DNA of 25,786 nucleotides from a virus: UHGV virus genome UHGV-1799016; one strand, 5' to 3'. Shown piece by piece: positions 25,006 to 25,786 of this stretch (position 1 is its first letter; each line of letters starts with the position of its first letter). The notes under the pieces were generated by a model. It saw only the letters and a program-made list of their open reading frames with translations, ran no database searches and was not told where the DNA came from. The position numbers and the translations under genes were made by a program.

Positions 25006-25786
25006 ATGGGTGGTGTTTCGACAACTAGAAATATACAGGTGATTCGTACTGTAAAGGGTGCGGACGGATTGACCCCGATGCCAAACTTGCTGAGAAATGC
25101 GGACTTGAACCCCAAGAGCGTGTCGAATGATACCGCGCACAATGAAGGCTTTGCGTGGAGAGCGGATATCGCCGAAGGCGGTGTCATAAGACATGAACCG
25201 AACATTGCAGCCCCACACGCAGGCGCAAAGGTGGTGTCGTGCGAATCTTTCAAACGTAGTACCTATTGGAGAGATAATGTGCAATGTTACGCGGGTATTA
25301 TCCAAAATGTGCATATCATTTCAGGCGTCACTTATACCTTTTCTGTCTACGTAAAAGGCGCGGATGCAGGTTGGATGATTGCGCACCCGATTGATAACAC
25401 GCACTTCGAAATCAGAAGAGCAAACCCCATAGACGAGGGGAAAAACACAGCCGAAGGATGGAAGCGGTACGCGGTGACATTTACACCGCGAATCAGTGGA
25501 GACACTTGGATAATGTTGCGCAGTTGGAGCCGAGACAAGAATGAAGCAGGGGGCAAGGTTTTCTTTGCTTGTCCGAAATTGGAAGAATCCTACAAGCCGA
25601 CACCGTGGACGCGAGCGCAGGAGGATTTCAGAGGTGCAGCGATGCGCCCCCTAGGAGATTGGGACGCTTTGCCCGATGGCTTCCAATTCCAAAGCGGTGG
25701 AGTTGGTGAAGAGTTTATCGATGTGGTCAGTGTGAAAAGTGAAGGCGCGCTTTTGTGGTGGAGTTGCAAGCGCAGCCACGCAAAGA
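25006..25786 (+). CDS. Partial CDS (runs past the window end): putative receptor-binding or tail fiber protein with carbohydrate-binding-module-like segment
   Basis: ATG at 25006-25008 and an open frame to the window end (260 codons, no stop; not in the ORF track because unclosed). EGFAWRADIAEGGVIRHE ... ISGVTYTFSVYVKGADAGWMIAHP ... GWKRYAVTFTP resembles jelly-roll CBM (CBM4/9/22-type) patterns. Confidence 0.45.
   Translation, partial: MGGVSTTRNIQVIRTVKGADGLTPMPNLLRNADLNPKSVSNDTAHNEGFAWRADIAEGGVIRHEPNIAAPHAGAKVVSCESFKRSTYWRDNVQCYAGIIQNVHIISGVTYTFSVYVKGADAGWMIAHPIDNTHFEIRRANPIDEGKNTAEGWKRYAVTFTPRISGDTWIMLRSWSRDKNEAGGKVFFACPKLEESYKPTPWTRAQEDFRGAAMRPLGDWDALPDGFQFQSGGVGEEFIDVVSVKSEGALLWWSCKRSHAK

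Noticed and set aside
1-25786. CRISPR arrays, tRNA or rRNA genes, IS elements with terminal inverted repeats
   Set aside because: No regularly spaced direct repeats, cloverleaf-compatible segments, rRNA-like conserved stretches or transposase-like ORFs were seen in either strand.

Overview
The window reads as a Bacteroidetes-type chromosomal flank abutting a phage-like, single-strand gene block. The flank (1-1861, minus strand) holds a truncated signal-peptide outer-membrane protein gene and a clear menA (UbiA-family prenyltransferase). From ~2090 onward everything is on the plus strand and tightly packed: a small hydrophobic protein, a highly charged disordered protein, then one uninterrupted 13,326-nt ORF (4150-17475, 4,441 aa). 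That giant ORF is the standout. It looks like a mosaic 'polyvalent'-type protein with a Gly/Ala-rich hydrophobic region, a ParB-like segment, NP-x-TP (LRV-like) repeats, a candidate ADP-ribosyltransferase-like motif set and an HExxH zincin motif. It sits directly upstream of scaffold-like and capsid-like genes, which fits a virion-packaged, injected effector. A bipartite promoter-like motif occurs three times at identical 32-nt internal spacing, and two hairpin terminators punctuate the block. A more GC-rich module of structural-looking genes follows, ending in a partial gene with a carbohydrate-binding-module-like segment. I found no rRNA, tRNA, CRISPR array, integrase, terminase or portal. 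All calls rest on reading the sequence and ORF translations by eye; no database or structure search was run, so product names are hypotheses.
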